Source: an uncultured beta proteobacterium (GTDB lineage: Bacteria; Pseudomonadota; Gammaproteobacteria; Burkholderiales; Casimicrobiaceae). Taken from it: a stretch of DNA of 64,000 nt. The translations under genes were made by a program, and so were the position numbers. Shown here piece after piece: positions 42,276 to 52,574 of this stretch. The DNA lies in the NCBI GenBank assembly GCA_963718025.1, contig CAVQXW010000004.1:249523-313522 (forward strand). The letters are read 5' to 3'. Under the pieces are notes generated by a model that worked only from the letters and a program-made list of their open reading frames with translations, was not told where the DNA came from and did not search any database. Positions within the stretch are counted from its first letter, which is position 1. Each line of letters begins with the position of its first letter.

Positions 42276-43400
42276 TCATGTGCGGCGAGGGTGAGGCGTG
42301 TGTTCGGCAATGTTGGCGGCCCCTTGACCCTCGTACCACCCCTTGCTGGAATTGACCACCTTCACCACCAACAGCATGACCGGAACCTCGATCAGTACGC
42401 CCACCACGGTCGCGAGCGCGGCGCCGGAATTGAAGCCGAACAAGCTGATCGCGGCGGCTACCGCCAGTTCAAAGAAGTTCGAGGCTCCAATCAGTGCCGA
42501 CGGACAGGCGATGTTGTGCTTCTCTCCCAGCGCCCGGTTCAGGAGATAGGCCACCGACGAGTTGAAGAAGACCTGTATCAGAATCGGCACGGCGAGCAGG
42601 GCGATGATCAGGGGCTGGCGCAGGATGGCCTCGCCCTGAAAGGCAAACAGCAGCACCAGCGTGGCCAAGAGCGCCGCGATGGACCACGGCCCGATCTTGG
42701 CCATCGCTGCCTCGAACGCCGCCTTTCCCCTGTCGCCTCCGTCCCCCAGCAGCGACCTGCGCCAGAGCTGCGCCAGGATCACCGGGATCACGATGTAGAG
42801 CACGACCGAAGTCAGCAGCGTTGCCCATGGTACGGTGATCGCCGAGATGCCCAGCAGGAAGGCCACCAACGGAGCGAACGCCACGACCATGATGCTGTCG
42901 TTGAGCGCCACCTGCGACAACGTAAACAACGGATCACCGTTGGACAGCCGGCTCCAGACGAACACCATCGCCGTGCACGGCGCCGCGGCGAGGAGGATCA
43001 GGCCGGCGATATAGCTGTCGAGCTGATCCGCCGGCAGCCATGGCGCGAAGAGGTTGCGGATGAACAGCCATCCGAGGAAGGCCATCGAAAACGGCTTGAC
43101 CAGCCAGTTCACGAACAGCGTGACCCCGATGCCGCGCACATGCTGGCGGACTTCGTGCAATGCACCGAAGTCCACCTTCATCAGCATCGGGATGATCATC
43201 ACCCAGATCAGCAGACCGACCGGGAGATTGACCTTCGCTAATTCCAGCCGGCCGATGGCCTGAAACAGGCTGGGCAGCAACTGACCGGCGGCAATGCCCG
43301 CGACAATGCACAGGAAAACCCATACGGTCAGATAGCGCTCGAACACGCTCATGGGTGCGCGCGCAGTCGGCGTGATTGCGACTTCGGTGGGTGTCGACAT
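42276..43400 (-). CDS. acr3: ACR3 family arsenite efflux transporter
   Basis: FERYLTVWV, IIPML, AAAPCTAMVFVW, ASNFFELAVA, GVLIEVP. Confidence 0.96.
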   Translation of the reverse strand: MSTPTEVAITPTARAPMSVFERYLTVWVFLCIVAGIAAGQLLPSLFQAIGRLELAKVNLPVGLLIWVMIIPMLMKVDFGALHEVRQHVRGIGVTLFVNWLVKPFSMAFLGWLFIRNLFAPWLPADQLDSYIAGLILLAAAPCTAMVFVWSRLSNGDPLFTLSQVALNDSIMVVAFAPLVAFLLGISAITVPWATLLTSVVLYIVIPVILAQLWRRSLLGDGGDRGKAAFEAAMAKIGPWSIAALLATLVLLFAFQGEAILRQPLIIALLAVPILIQVFFNSSVAYLLNRALGEKHNIACPSALIGASNFFELAVAAAISLFGFNSGAALATVVGVLIEVPVMLLVVKVVNSSKGWYEGQGAANIAEHTPHPRRT

Positions 43401-43497
43401 CGAAGGCAAGCCTATTCGTTCGTTTGGATTACACGCCAGCGGATACGCGGTGCCCAACCCACGCCGAAGGCACAGAAATAGTTCCGCTCTGCTGCGC

Positions 43498-44022
43498 TCA
43501 GGCTGCGGCGTCGTTGGGCGTGGCCGACTTGCCGATCTCAGCGAGCTTTTTCGCAAGGCTCAAGCGGTCGAGCTTGGTGAGCGGCAAGCTGACGAACAAG
43601 CGAATGCGATTCAACAGGATGTTCCCGGTGACGGAGAAAGCCTTGCGCTTCTGCTCGTCGCTGCCTTCGACCGCGGCAGGGTCGGGAACTCCCCAGTGCG
43701 CCGTCATCGGTTGGCCGGGCCAGACCGGGCAGACTTCGCCGGCGGCGTTGTCGCAGACGGTGAACACGAAATCGAGGGGCGGGGAGCCGGGTTGTGCGAA
43801 CTCCTCCCAGTTCTTGCTGCGCATCCCCTCGGTCGGCAGCCGGGTTGCGTGCAGGAACTCCAGCGCGAACGGGTTGACTTTGCCCGTCGGGTGGGAGCCG
43901 GCGCTGTGGGACACGAATCTCCCAGCGCCGACCTGCCGAAGAATCGATTCGGCGATGATGCTGCGCGCCGAGTTACCGGTACAAAGAAAGAGGACGGTAA
44001 ACGGACGTTGTTCAGTAGCCAT
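43498..44022 (-). CDS. arsC: arsenate reductase, thioredoxin-coupled LMWP fold
   Basis: FLCTGNSARS, TVCDNAAGEVCP, HWGVPDP. Confidence 0.93.
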   Translation of the reverse strand: MATEQRPFTVLFLCTGNSARSIIAESILRQVGAGRFVSHSAGSHPTGKVNPFALEFLHATRLPTEGMRSKNWEEFAQPGSPPLDFVFTVCDNAAGEVCPVWPGQPMTAHWGVPDPAAVEGSDEQKRKAFSVTGNILLNRIRLFVSLPLTKLDRLSLAKKLAEIGKSATPNDAAA

Positions 44023-44132
44023 TCTTGGACTCCATGGAATGGGAAAATGGATCTGGTGTATGGGGCGAGTAACGCACTCGACGCCCGTGACGAGCAGCGC
44101 GAAGAACGGACCGCGCGGATGCAACTCAATGT

Positions 44133-44645
44133 TCAAGCAGGAGGACGACTGCGAAACGTGACGGGTGCTGCTGCCTGTGCGCAACATGCTTCGGCATGCG
44201 CTGGCGCGAGCCCACGGTCGGTCGGGCAGCAGCCTGCCGTCGGGGTGGCCGCTTCCGGAGGCGTGTCGCCGTCGAAATAGGGAATGCTGTCGAGCGTGTG
44301 GTACCCCTCCCAGGCGATGCCCTGCGGATCGGTGACCCAGTGCTTGTCTGATTTCGCGTAGCAGCAGTTGCTGCCCGGCTCATCGAGTACTGTTGCGGCG
44401 TCGGCTGCAGCGAAACGCTCGCGAATGCCTCCGAGTTCCTCTGCAGAGTCAACCTGCAGACCGAGATGATTCACGCCGCTCCGGCCGCCGCGCTGCGAGA
44501 TCGCGAAGTTGAGGCGCGGATCGTCGACCATCCATTTCGCGTAATCGGTCTTGCGGACCGTGGGTGGCGCGCCGAACATCGCCGAATAGAAGCGAATGCT
44601 CTGCTCAAGGTCTTCGACACCGACATGGACATGGAAGCGCTTCAT
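44133..44645 (-). CDS. arsI: ArsI/CadI family VOC protein (possible C-As lyase)
   Basis: RFHVHVGV, NHLGLQV, vicinal Cys pair NCCYAKSDKHW, WE. Confidence 0.8.
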   Translation of the reverse strand: MKRFHVHVGVEDLEQSIRFYSAMFGAPPTVRKTDYAKWMVDDPRLNFAISQRGGRSGVNHLGLQVDSAEELGGIRERFAAADAATVLDEPGSNCCYAKSDKHWVTDPQGIAWEGYHTLDSIPYFDGDTPPEAATPTAGCCPTDRGLAPAHAEACCAQAAAPVTFRSRPPA

Positions 44646-45016
44646 GCGGATTTCCTCTTGCGGGTGGAGGGCAGTGCTTGCGCCAAGGGCTGCGGGGCTC
44701 CCACGGGGACGCAGGCCGCGTCGCAAACAGCGCTGGAGCCGCAGCAGTTTTCGGTGAGGTAGCCGACCAGACCATTCATCGCATCGAGATCGGCGCGGTA
44801 CCAGATGAACCTGCTCTGCGGATGCGCGGCAATGAGCCCCGCGTGCGCCAGTTCCTTCAGATGAAAGGAGAGCGTCGCCGGTGGCAGGCCGAGGCGCTCG
44901 GCAATGGCCCCAGCCGGCAAGCCCTCTGGGGCGTGCTCGACCAACAGGCGAAACACCGCGAGGCGGTTTTCCTGTGCCAGCGCGCTAAGGGCTACCAATG
45001 CATCCTTGGTTTTCAT
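44642..45016 (-). CDS. arsR: ArsR family repressor with C-terminal Cys pair
   Basis: ALAQENRLAVFRLL, LSFHLKEL, LTENCCG. Confidence 0.93.
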   Translation of the reverse strand: MKTKDALVALSALAQENRLAVFRLLVEHAPEGLPAGAIAERLGLPPATLSFHLKELAHAGLIAAHPQSRFIWYRADLDAMNGLVGYLTENCCGSSAVCDAACVPVGAPQPLAQALPSTRKRKSA

Positions 45017-45023
45017 GTTTCTA

Positions 45024-45052
45024 ATAATATAAAAGTATACGAGCGATGTCAA
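45024..45052 (-). promoter_or_regulatory. sigma70 promoter of the ars operon
   Basis: minus strand TTGACA (45052-45047), 17 bp, TATTAT (45029-45024), 7 nt before the arsR ATG. Confidence 0.8.
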
Positions 45053-45182
45053 TCTCACGCAGAGCGGGCGAGATCTCGCTCGGCCGGAACGTCCAGAATC
45101 CCGGCCACTTGGCGAAAAATGGGCGCCCCGCAAGGCGCCCAATGTGCATCAACGCGGAGGAGGAAGCCGCGTTTCCCCCCGT

Positions 45183-47663
45183 TTACACCCGGTCGTATCG
45201 CCGACTCTTGAAGCTGATCGTGTCGCGATGTTCGGCGCCGCTGCCGGCGCGCCGGATGCTGGCCCAAGTCCCTTTGTAATACGGGATGATGTTGCGGTCG
45301 GTCCAATTGGTCGTGACATCACCCTGCACGCCGTTGTCGTAGCCGAACTGCATGAAGGTCTGGCCGGGCTTCTGGTCCGGTTCGGGGTAGGCCATTGCGA
45401 ACGTCGCGCCCCAGTCGTTGTAGACCTCGACGAAGTCTCCGGCCTCGATCTTGAGCGACGCCATGTCGTCAGGATTCATCTCGATGATGGACATGGGATA
45501 GCGGCCCCGCACGTAGGCGTTGTACTTGTTGTGGTAGCCGGTCTGCCAGACCTCGTTGATGCGCCCGTTGTTGATCCAGAACCGATGCTTGGCCTTGAGG
45601 TCGGCGACGGGTTTGGGCAATCCCGGCCACGGTGAAGGCAGGAACTTAGCCTTGCCATCGGCCGTGTCGAACTTGCCATCCATGTACAGCATCTCGGTGC
45701 CGATCAGCTTGCCGTCCTTGTACTCCTTGATGGGCAGCTGCACGCCGTTGTTGCCCATCACGCGCAGGCGCTCGTAGGTGGCGAGGTTCCCGGTGCCGCC
45801 ACCCTGGCTGTCGATGGGGGGCGATCCCGGCTGGCCGGCCCGGCGGAACCCATCGTTGAACACGTCTTCCTCGGCCTTCCACTCGAAGCCGTCGAAGCGC
45901 GCAGCCATAGTGGCATTGCCCTCTGCCCGGTACATCGACTTCAGCGAGTTTGCAATCGCAGCTGCGATCAGGCAATCCGGCCGCGCGGTGCCAGGTGGGT
46001 CCATGAATTTCTGGGACAGCCGGCAGCGGCGTTCGCCGTTCATCGACGTGAGATTCATCTCTCCCGGATGCGCCGCGGGCAGGAGCATGCTCGACGCCTC
46101 GGAGAACATTACCGGATAGAGATCGATGGTCGTCACGAACAGACCACCCTTGTTGCAGGCGTCGACAATCACATCGACCATCTGAGCGGGCGTCGCCCCA
46201 CGCGCCTTATTCATCGCGTCCTTCACGATGTTGGAGCGACGGTGGATCTCGGTCCGGTACGCCTGAGCGTTCAGCGTTGTCTGGAAATTGTTGCAGCCCC
46301 AGGCGGTCAGCATCTTGCCTTTGCCCTTCATCAACTCCTCGTCGATGAAGATCTTGCTGTTACCGGGATAGGGCGGACGCGTATAGCCCTCCTGGTGGCC
46401 GCCCATGCGCACGCAGCCGGTGCCGCGACGGCCGACGTTCCGGGTCGCAAGCACGAGATCGACCAGCGCCGACTGGATCAGATAGTTGTCATTGCCCCAG
46501 ATGATGCCTTTCTCGTACGCATGCATGGTCCTGGGCAGCACGCCCGGAGCCTTTGGCTTGTAGGCCCATTCCGCCGCCTGTCGGAGCTTGGCAACGGAGA
46601 CGCCCGTGATGCGGCTGCACTCGTCGAGCGAGAGCTTGTTCGCGGCGACCACAGCGTCGAATCCGGTCGTGTTCTTGGCGATGAAATCGCGGTCGATCCA
46701 CCCTTGGTCGACCACGTAGGTGAAGAGGCCATTGAACAGTGCGATGTCGGTGCCGGGCTGGATGTCGAGATGCAGCACGCGGTCCTTGGCGACCTGTTCG
46801 GCAATGGCAATGGTGTTCGTGCGACGCGGATCGACAAAGATGACGCGAGTGGGGGGTAGCGGTTCGTTGGGGAACCACTGTTTGCGCTTGGCCTCAGTGC
46901 CGCCTTGCAGGTTCGGTATCCAGTGCGCGAGGAAGTAGTTGGTTTGCGTTTCGTACTGGTTCGCGCCGATACCCATGATGCAGTCCGCGACTTCGGCGTC
47001 CTCGTAGGAATTGTTGAGCTCACCAACCCCCATGTCGCGCGTCGCATGGCATTCAGAGTTATAGGCCGGCCGATTGTGAATGCGCACCATCGGCGTTTGT
47101 AGGGCCGTGAACATCAGCTTGCCCGTGCCCCAGGTATTCTCGAACCCGCCGCCGGCACCGCCGTGGTCGAAGCAGTTGAACACGAGCCCCGAAGGGCCGT
47201 CCTTATCGAGTATCTTCTTCGCGACGCCGCAATAGATCGCGAGCGCGTCGTCCCAGGTCGTGTCCACCCACTGTGCGCCGGTAAAAAGCCGCGGTGACTT
47301 GAGCCGCGCCTTGGCGTCGCCACTCGGGTTGTACATGTAGGTCGCCATCTGCCCGCCGCGTACCGATGACAGGCCCTGATTCACCGAGCACGCCTTGTCG
47401 GGAAGAATCATGACGTTATAGCGGCGTCCGTCCGAGTCCTCGATCAGGTTGTGCATCGCCGGCGTCATGATCTGCGTGAGCGGTGCCACTTGCGTCCGGA
47501 AGTCGACGCCAAGTGCATTCTGGTCCGGTGACCGTCCGCCCTCGCGGTTCTCGTCCCACTTGTAAACGTGGTATCCGCAACCCACGATGCAGAAGTGACA
47601 GGTCAGGTTGGTCTTCTGCGCGTTGACGGGCGGCAGCGGAAGGCGATCCTTGAATTGCGCCAT
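45183..47663 (-). CDS. aioA: arsenite oxidase large (molybdopterin) subunit
   Basis: CHFCIVGC...GLSSVRG [3Fe-4S] motif, [33 protein letters not shown]. Confidence 0.97.
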   Translation of the reverse strand: MAQFKDRLPLPPVNAQKTNLTCHFCIVGCGYHVYKWDENREGGRSPDQNALGVDFRTQVAPLTQIMTPAMHNLIEDSDGRRYNVMILPDKACSVNQGLSSVRGGQMATYMYNPSGDAKARLKSPRLFTGAQWVDTTWDDALAIYCGVAKKILDKDGPSGLVFNCFDHGGAGGGFENTWGTGKLMFTALQTPMVRIHNRPAYNSECHATRDMGVGELNNSYEDAEVADCIMGIGANQYETQTNYFLAHWIPNLQGGTEAKRKQWFPNEPLPPTRVIFVDPRRTNTIAIAEQVAKDRVLHLDIQPGTDIALFNGLFTYVVDQGWIDRDFIAKNTTGFDAVVAANKLSLDECSRITGVSVAKLRQAAEWAYKPKAPGVLPRTMHAYEKGIIWGNDNYLIQSALVDLVLATRNVGRRGTGCVRMGGHQEGYTRPPYPGNSKIFIDEELMKGKGKMLTAWGCNNFQTTLNAQAYRTEIHRRSNIVKDAMNKARGATPAQMVDVIVDACNKGGLFVTTIDLYPVMFSEASSMLLPAAHPGEMNLTSMNGERRCRLSQKFMDPPGTARPDCLIAAAIANSLKSMYRAEGNATMAARFDGFEWKAEEDVFNDGFRRAGQPGSPPIDSQGGGTGNLATYERLRVMGNNGVQLPIKEYKDGKLIGTEMLYMDGKFDTADGKAKFLPSPWPGLPKPVADLKAKHRFWINNGRINEVWQTGYHNKYNAYVRGRYPMSIIEMNPDDMASLKIEAGDFVEVYNDWGATFAMAYPEPDQKPGQTFMQFGYDNGVQGDVTTNWTDRNIIPYYKGTWASIRRAGSGAEHRDTISFKSRRYDRV

Positions 47664-47674
47664 GGTGTCGCCCC

Positions 47675-48199
47675 CTATAGGATGTTGGATTGACGGCCGT
47701 AGATCAGGCCGGCCACCGCGACGGCGGTCACACTGCCGGTCGAGGCGTCATATTCGAGGACGATCCGTGCCAGGTCTTCCGTGGCCTGCCCGCACACCAT
47801 TTGCCCGCCTTTTTCGGCGTCGAAAGTGCTGTAGTGGCAAGGGCACTTGAAACAACGTGACTTCGCGTCATAGGCGACCGGGCAGCCCATGTGAGAGCAA
47901 AGGGTGCTGTAGGCGACGATGTCGCGGCCAGGCCCAACACCGCCTTCGACCGGCTTCCCCATCCGAATCACCGTGCACGGCGACGAGTCGTCGGGGTAGC
48001 TGAAGGCGGCCGCCTGGCCCATGGCCATCTGCCCCGCCGCGCCCAATGGTTTGCGCGGGTAGGGGAGGACCGTGTTGCCGGCGTCGGCCGTGGTGGCGGC
48101 GAGAGCCGCTTCGGGAATCGCCCCGGTTACTAATCCGGCCCCTGCCGCAAGGCCACCCGACTTCTTAAAAAATTCTCTCCGCGAGAGCTTGTCGCTCAT
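47675..48199 (-). CDS. aioB: arsenite oxidase small Rieske subunit with Tat signal
   Basis: SRREFFK Tat motif; CSHMGC and CPCHYS Rieske ligands. Confidence 0.96.
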   Translation of the reverse strand: MSDKLSRREFFKKSGGLAAGAGLVTGAIPEAALAATTADAGNTVLPYPRKPLGAAGQMAMGQAAAFSYPDDSSPCTVIRMGKPVEGGVGPGRDIVAYSTLCSHMGCPVAYDAKSRCFKCPCHYSTFDAEKGGQMVCGQATEDLARIVLEYDASTGSVTAVAVAGLIYGRQSNIL

Positions 48200-48257
48200 C
48201 GTTTTTCCTCCAAGGATTATTGTCGTGGACCAACAGCTGGGATTACCCTGTTGGCAA

Positions 48258-48273
48258 TGCACGTTTCATTCCC
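48258..48273 (-). promoter_or_regulatory. possible sigma54 -24/-12 promoter of aioBA
   Basis: minus strand GGGAATGAAACGTGCA gives GG-N10-GC; partial consensus match; AioR is a sigma54 activator. Confidence 0.4.
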
Positions 48274-48333
48274 GTGACAAGGGGCCGAGTACGCGCGCTA
48301 AATCAGTGGGTTAGCGGTATAGAAGGCTGCGGT

Positions 48334-48393
48334 GTTACCAGCTGGTAACCAAACTCGCGGGCGGCCGCGTTCAGGTGGTCACCGCCAGGTAAC
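48334..48393. promoter_or_regulatory. paired palindromes, candidate AioR enhancer sites
   Basis: perfect GTTACCAGCTGGTAAC (48334-48349) and GTCACCGCCAGGTAAC (48378-48393). Confidence 0.55.
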
Positions 48394-48435
48394 GGCGCGG
48401 AAATGCGGTCACTACTTGACTAGAATCTGCAAACT

Positions 48436-49356
48436 ATGGCGTCGGCGAATCAGGAAGGGCAGGTGAAGAACAACGACCACCCTCGGAAGGTGTCCAAGCG
48501 AGAGTTTTGCGCGGCGGCTATCGCGATAGCGGCGGCCCTGCCTCGCGTCGCGCTGGGCGCTTCGGAAGCGCCAATCCGCATCGGCACAACCTCAGTGATT
48601 CTCGACAACCAGGTTGGCTTTTTGCACGCCTGGCGCGACTACCTGCAACCCCGGCTGGGCCGGCCGGTCACGTTTCTGCAGCGCGGCAGCTATCGCGAAA
48701 TCACCTCCATGCTCATGGGCGACGAATTGGACTTCGCCTGGGTGTGCGGGTACCCCTATGTGCGCAATCGCGCCGCATGGGAACTCGTTGCATTGCCGAA
48801 CTATGGCGGCAAGCCGCTCTACCGGTCATACCTGATCGTGCCGGCCACCGACAAGTCTGCCCAAGGCTTCGACGCGCTGGCCGGCAAGGTATTCGCCTAT
48901 TCCGATCCGGACTCGAACTCGGGGTTCCTTGTCCCGCAGTTCGAAATGTTACGAACCGGTATCTATCCACCCACACACTTCCGCAAGACGTTCTTCACCT
49001 ATGCGCATCACAAGGTTGTGGCCGCCGTCGCCGATGGCGTCGCGCAGGGCGGAGCGGTCGACGGATATGTTTGGGAGACGCTTGCGCTGCGCGCGCCGGA
49101 ACTCACTCGACGCACGCGGGTCGCGCACGTTTCTGATGAGTATGGGTTTCCGCCGATGGTTGCGCGCCGCTCGCTCGACCGCGCGACGTACACGGTATTT
49201 CGCGACACGCTGCTTGCGATGCCCAACGACGCGCGCGGTCGCGAACTTCTGCAGCAACTCAATCTCGACGGCTTCCTGCCGCCTGACGATGCTCAGTTTG
49301 CCGGAATCGCCCACGTGCTTGAATTCGTCTCGTCTCGCGAACGGCTACCGACCTAA
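48436..49356 (+). CDS. aioX: periplasmic arsenite-binding protein (PhnD-like fold)
   Basis: Tat-like KREF leader; FAWVCGYPY with conserved Cys; SDPDSNSG; start 48436 or 48463. Confidence 0.9.
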   Translation: MASANQEGQVKNNDHPRKVSKREFCAAAIAIAAALPRVALGASEAPIRIGTTSVILDNQVGFLHAWRDYLQPRLGRPVTFLQRGSYREITSMLMGDELDFAWVCGYPYVRNRAAWELVALPNYGGKPLYRSYLIVPATDKSAQGFDALAGKVFAYSDPDSNSGFLVPQFEMLRTGIYPPTHFRKTFFTYAHHKVVAAVADGVAQGGAVDGYVWETLALRAPELTRRTRVAHVSDEYGFPPMVARRSLDRATYTVFRDTLLAMPNDARGRELLQQLNLDGFLPPDDAQFAGIAHVLEFVSSRERLPT

Positions 49357-49359
49357 GTC

Positions 49360-50805
49360 ATGGCTACGCTTGACGACCTTAGTTACCGGGTCAAGGTCCC
49401 GCTGGCATTGTTGGCGGTCATCGTCGTCGTGTCGGCGATTCTGGCTGCGCTTCTCGGAGCACAGATCTATGCGGACGCACGGCGTGACCTGCTCGGGAAT
49501 GCCGAGAGTCTCGGGCGGACGCTGGCGCGAGCACTGACGCCAGCGATGCTCCGCGACGATGTCTGGCAAGCCTACGAAACGATTGTCGCTCCACTCGCAG
49601 GCGAGACTGGCGAGGGAAGCGGGCGCCGTTCGATCACCGTCCTCGATGCGGACGGCAAGATCTATGCATCGTCCGACCCGGCGCGATTTCCGATGCTCGC
49701 GCCCGCTACGCAAACGTTGGGGCCGGCGGCCGAGAAGCTGCTATCTCCCGGAGATGACAAGAGTCCCACCGTCGTCGAAGACCCTTCGACCAAGGTCATT
49801 CTGGTCGGCGTGCCTATAGTCGCGGATGATGGCGCGCGGCTCGGCAGCGTTGTGCTCAGCTTTTCGCAGGATGTCTTCGTCCCGCGCTTCTTCACGACGG
49901 TGGAGCGAGTCGTCTTGTCTACCTTGGTCGCTCTCGTCGTGCTGGTGCCGATTGGCTGGTGGTTCGGACGGCGGATGGCCGCGCCGCTCGTGGGCCTCGC
50001 CGCCGCGATGAAACGCGTTGGTGAAGCCCCGCCGACGGAGTTGGCGCGAGGGCTTTATCGTAGCGGTGACGAGATCGGGCAGCTGGGCAACCGCTTTGAG
50101 CAAATGGTCATTGAGCTGGAGGGGAAGCAGCGGCTTGAACGCGAGATCGTTGCGGCGGACCGGCTGGCTGCCATCGGCCGCTTGACCGCCGGAATCGCCC
50201 ATGAGATCAACAATCCGCTGGCCGGCATGATTACCGCAATCGATACTGCTCGAAAGCACGGCGAGCCTGATCCCATTTCCGCAAGCACGCTGTCTCTGGT
50301 CGAACGTGGGCTGCAGCAAATTCGCCATTCGGTCAGCGCACTGTTGGTCGAGGCGCGGTTCGAGGCCCGCGCGCTGACACCGCAGGACATTGACGATGTT
50401 CGCACGCTGTTGGAACCGGAAGCCGCGACGCGCGAGCAGACGTTGCAGTGGGAAAGCCACCTGGACCGCGCGCTGCCGCTGCCTTCGACACCCATTCGCC
50501 AAATCCTGATCAACCTGATCCTGAACGCGATCCAGGCGGCCGGTCGGGGAGGGACCGTTTCGTGCCGCATTCAGGCGGATGCCTCACAGATGTCCTTCGA
50601 AGTTCGCAATGACGGACGCTCCATTCCCGACGAATTGATGGAGCACCTGTTCGAGCCGTTCTCCACTGGATCGGAAGGCGGCAGCGGGCTCGGGTTGTGG
50701 GTGACCTACCAGATCGTTGAGCAGCTGCGCGGCACGATTCGCGTGCGCAGTGGGCTGCCGGAGACGGAATTCGCGGTCGCCCTACCGCTTGGCGCTGCCG
50801 CATGA
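49360..50805 (+). CDS. aioS: sensor histidine kinase
   Basis: two TM helices, HAMP, AHEINNPL H-box, NAIQA, GLGL; between aioX and aioR. Confidence 0.92.
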   Translation: MATLDDLSYRVKVPLALLAVIVVVSAILAALLGAQIYADARRDLLGNAESLGRTLARALTPAMLRDDVWQAYETIVAPLAGETGEGSGRRSITVLDADGKIYASSDPARFPMLAPATQTLGPAAEKLLSPGDDKSPTVVEDPSTKVILVGVPIVADDGARLGSVVLSFSQDVFVPRFFTTVERVVLSTLVALVVLVPIGWWFGRRMAAPLVGLAAAMKRVGEAPPTELARGLYRSGDEIGQLGNRFEQMVIELEGKQRLEREIVAADRLAAIGRLTAGIAHEINNPLAGMITAIDTARKHGEPDPISASTLSLVERGLQQIRHSVSALLVEARFEARALTPQDIDDVRTLLEPEAATREQTLQWESHLDRALPLPSTPIRQILINLILNAIQAAGRGGTVSCRIQADASQMSFEVRNDGRSIPDELMEHLFEPFSTGSEGGSGLGLWVTYQIVEQLRGTIRVRSGLPETEFAVALPLGAAA

Positions 50806-52145
50806 CGGCGAAACTTTGCCTCATCGAGGACGACCCGATCATGGGGGAATCGCTACACCAGCGATTGTCACTGGAGGGATTCGACTGCGACTGGCACCGT
50901 ACCGGGACGGCAGCGCTCGCCGCGCTTGAACGTGAGGCGTACGCTGCCGTGGTTTCGGATGTGCGCCTACCGGATCTCTCGGGCGAGGCATTGTTTCGCG
51001 CCGCGCTCGACCGCGACGAACATGCACCGCCGTTTGTGTTTGTCACCGCGTACGGATCGATTGATCGCGCGGTTGAGCTGATCAAACTTGGCGCCGCCGA
51101 CTATGTAACGAAGCCGTTCGACGTTGAGCAGCTTATTCTGAAGCTGAAGGTGCTGGCAGGTGTGCCGGACAAGATTTCGACCTCAGCTGGGCGTGCTGAA
51201 CTCGGGACATCCGCGGCAGCGCGCCGGGTCGAAGAGCTATTGCCGCGAATCTCCCAGCTTGCCGATACGGTTCTCATCACCGGCGAATCAGGCGTAGGCA
51301 AGGAGCGCATTGCGCAGATTCTGCATCGATTGGGCGATGCCGATGGTGGCGCACCGTTCATCGCCGTGAACTGTGCCGCCGTCAGCGAATCTTTGCTTGA
51401 GGCGGAGTTGTTTGGCCATGAACGCGGGGCGTTCACCGGTGCGATTCGGACAAGGCGCGGCGTGTTCGAGCAGGCCGAGGGCGGAACTTTGTTCCTCGAC
51501 GAGATAGGCGAGATGACGCCAGGTATGCAGGCGAAGCTATTGCGGGCGATCCAGGAGCGGGAGATCGTCCGCGTGGGTGGAGAAAGACGTATTCCAGTGC
51601 GCCTTCGGCTGATTTGCGCAACCAATCGCAATCTGCAGGAACTCGTCGACGACGGACGCTTCCGGCGCGACCTGTACTATCGCATAAACGTTATTCACCT
51701 GCGATTGCCGGCGCTGCGCGAACGTCGCGACGATATTCTTTGGTTTGCAAGAACGTTCCTCGCTGAGCGATGCCGCACCCACGCGGTTGCAAGGCGGCTA
51801 AGTGTGGCCTCCGAGTCGGCACTGCTCGCCCACGACTGGCCCGGTAATATTCGCGAATTGCGTCATGCAATCGAGCGCGCGTGCATCCTGTCGCAGCGTC
51901 TTGTGATTGAACCGGACGACCTGTTCGAGTCACTCGCTGGAGAGTCCTCTGTCGTTCCGGTTGAGGGCGATTCGACACTAAGCGACTATCTGCAGCGGGG
52001 TGAGCGATACTTCATCCTCGAAACCTTAGAACGGCATGGTTGGCAAATTGGGGCGTCCGCGCGGGTGCTAGGTATCAGTCGGAAGAATCTTTGGGAGCGC
52101 ATGCGCCGACTAGCTATCGCCGCGAGCGACACGCGAGACAACTAG
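50802..52145 (+). CDS. aioR: sigma54-dependent response regulator
   Basis: receiver domain, GESGVGKE, GAFTGA, WPGNIREL, C-terminal HTH. Confidence 0.93.
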   Translation: MTAKLCLIEDDPIMGESLHQRLSLEGFDCDWHRTGTAALAALEREAYAAVVSDVRLPDLSGEALFRAALDRDEHAPPFVFVTAYGSIDRAVELIKLGAADYVTKPFDVEQLILKLKVLAGVPDKISTSAGRAELGTSAAARRVEELLPRISQLADTVLITGESGVGKERIAQILHRLGDADGGAPFIAVNCAAVSESLLEAELFGHERGAFTGAIRTRRGVFEQAEGGTLFLDEIGEMTPGMQAKLLRAIQEREIVRVGGERRIPVRLRLICATNRNLQELVDDGRFRRDLYYRINVIHLRLPALRERRDDILWFARTFLAERCRTHAVARRLSVASESALLAHDWPGNIRELRHAIERACILSQRLVIEPDDLFESLAGESSVVPVEGDSTLSDYLQRGERYFILETLERHGWQIGASARVLGISRKNLWERMRRLAIAASDTRDN

Positions 52146-52200
52146 AGTCCGCTTTCGGCTAAACCGAACGCCGGCTCGCGGCAGGGCCGAACGTCCGGAG

Positions 52201-52337
52201 AGGGTCGTTCAGAGTCAACTCCGTCCCGGCGCTGACCAGCGGCTCCGCGATCTACAGCGGACCTTGACGCATCGATGGCTGCAGCGGGTCACCCAGCGGC
52301 CACTCGGTCGAATCGCGTCAACGCCGGCAGCCGGCCA
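52201..52337 (+). repeat. 137-bp direct repeat, copy 2
   Basis: identical by eye to 36963-37099. Confidence 0.92.
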
Positions 52338-52574
52338 TTACCGGCCATTCTCGAAACTCATTCGTTCTGACGAAGAGCGGTCACTCGTTGACCCCCTGCA
52401 ATCCCGGGGACCATACTCGTGTGCCGATCGCTCCCTTCGCGGATAAGATCCGGCTACATCAATTTCATCGCCGAGAGCGATGATGCCGCGCACGGCGACC
52501 GGCAAGATCCTGTCCCGCCGCCGGCGTGACCGGTTCACTCGTTGACTGATCTGCACTCGACTCCGGAGGAAAAC

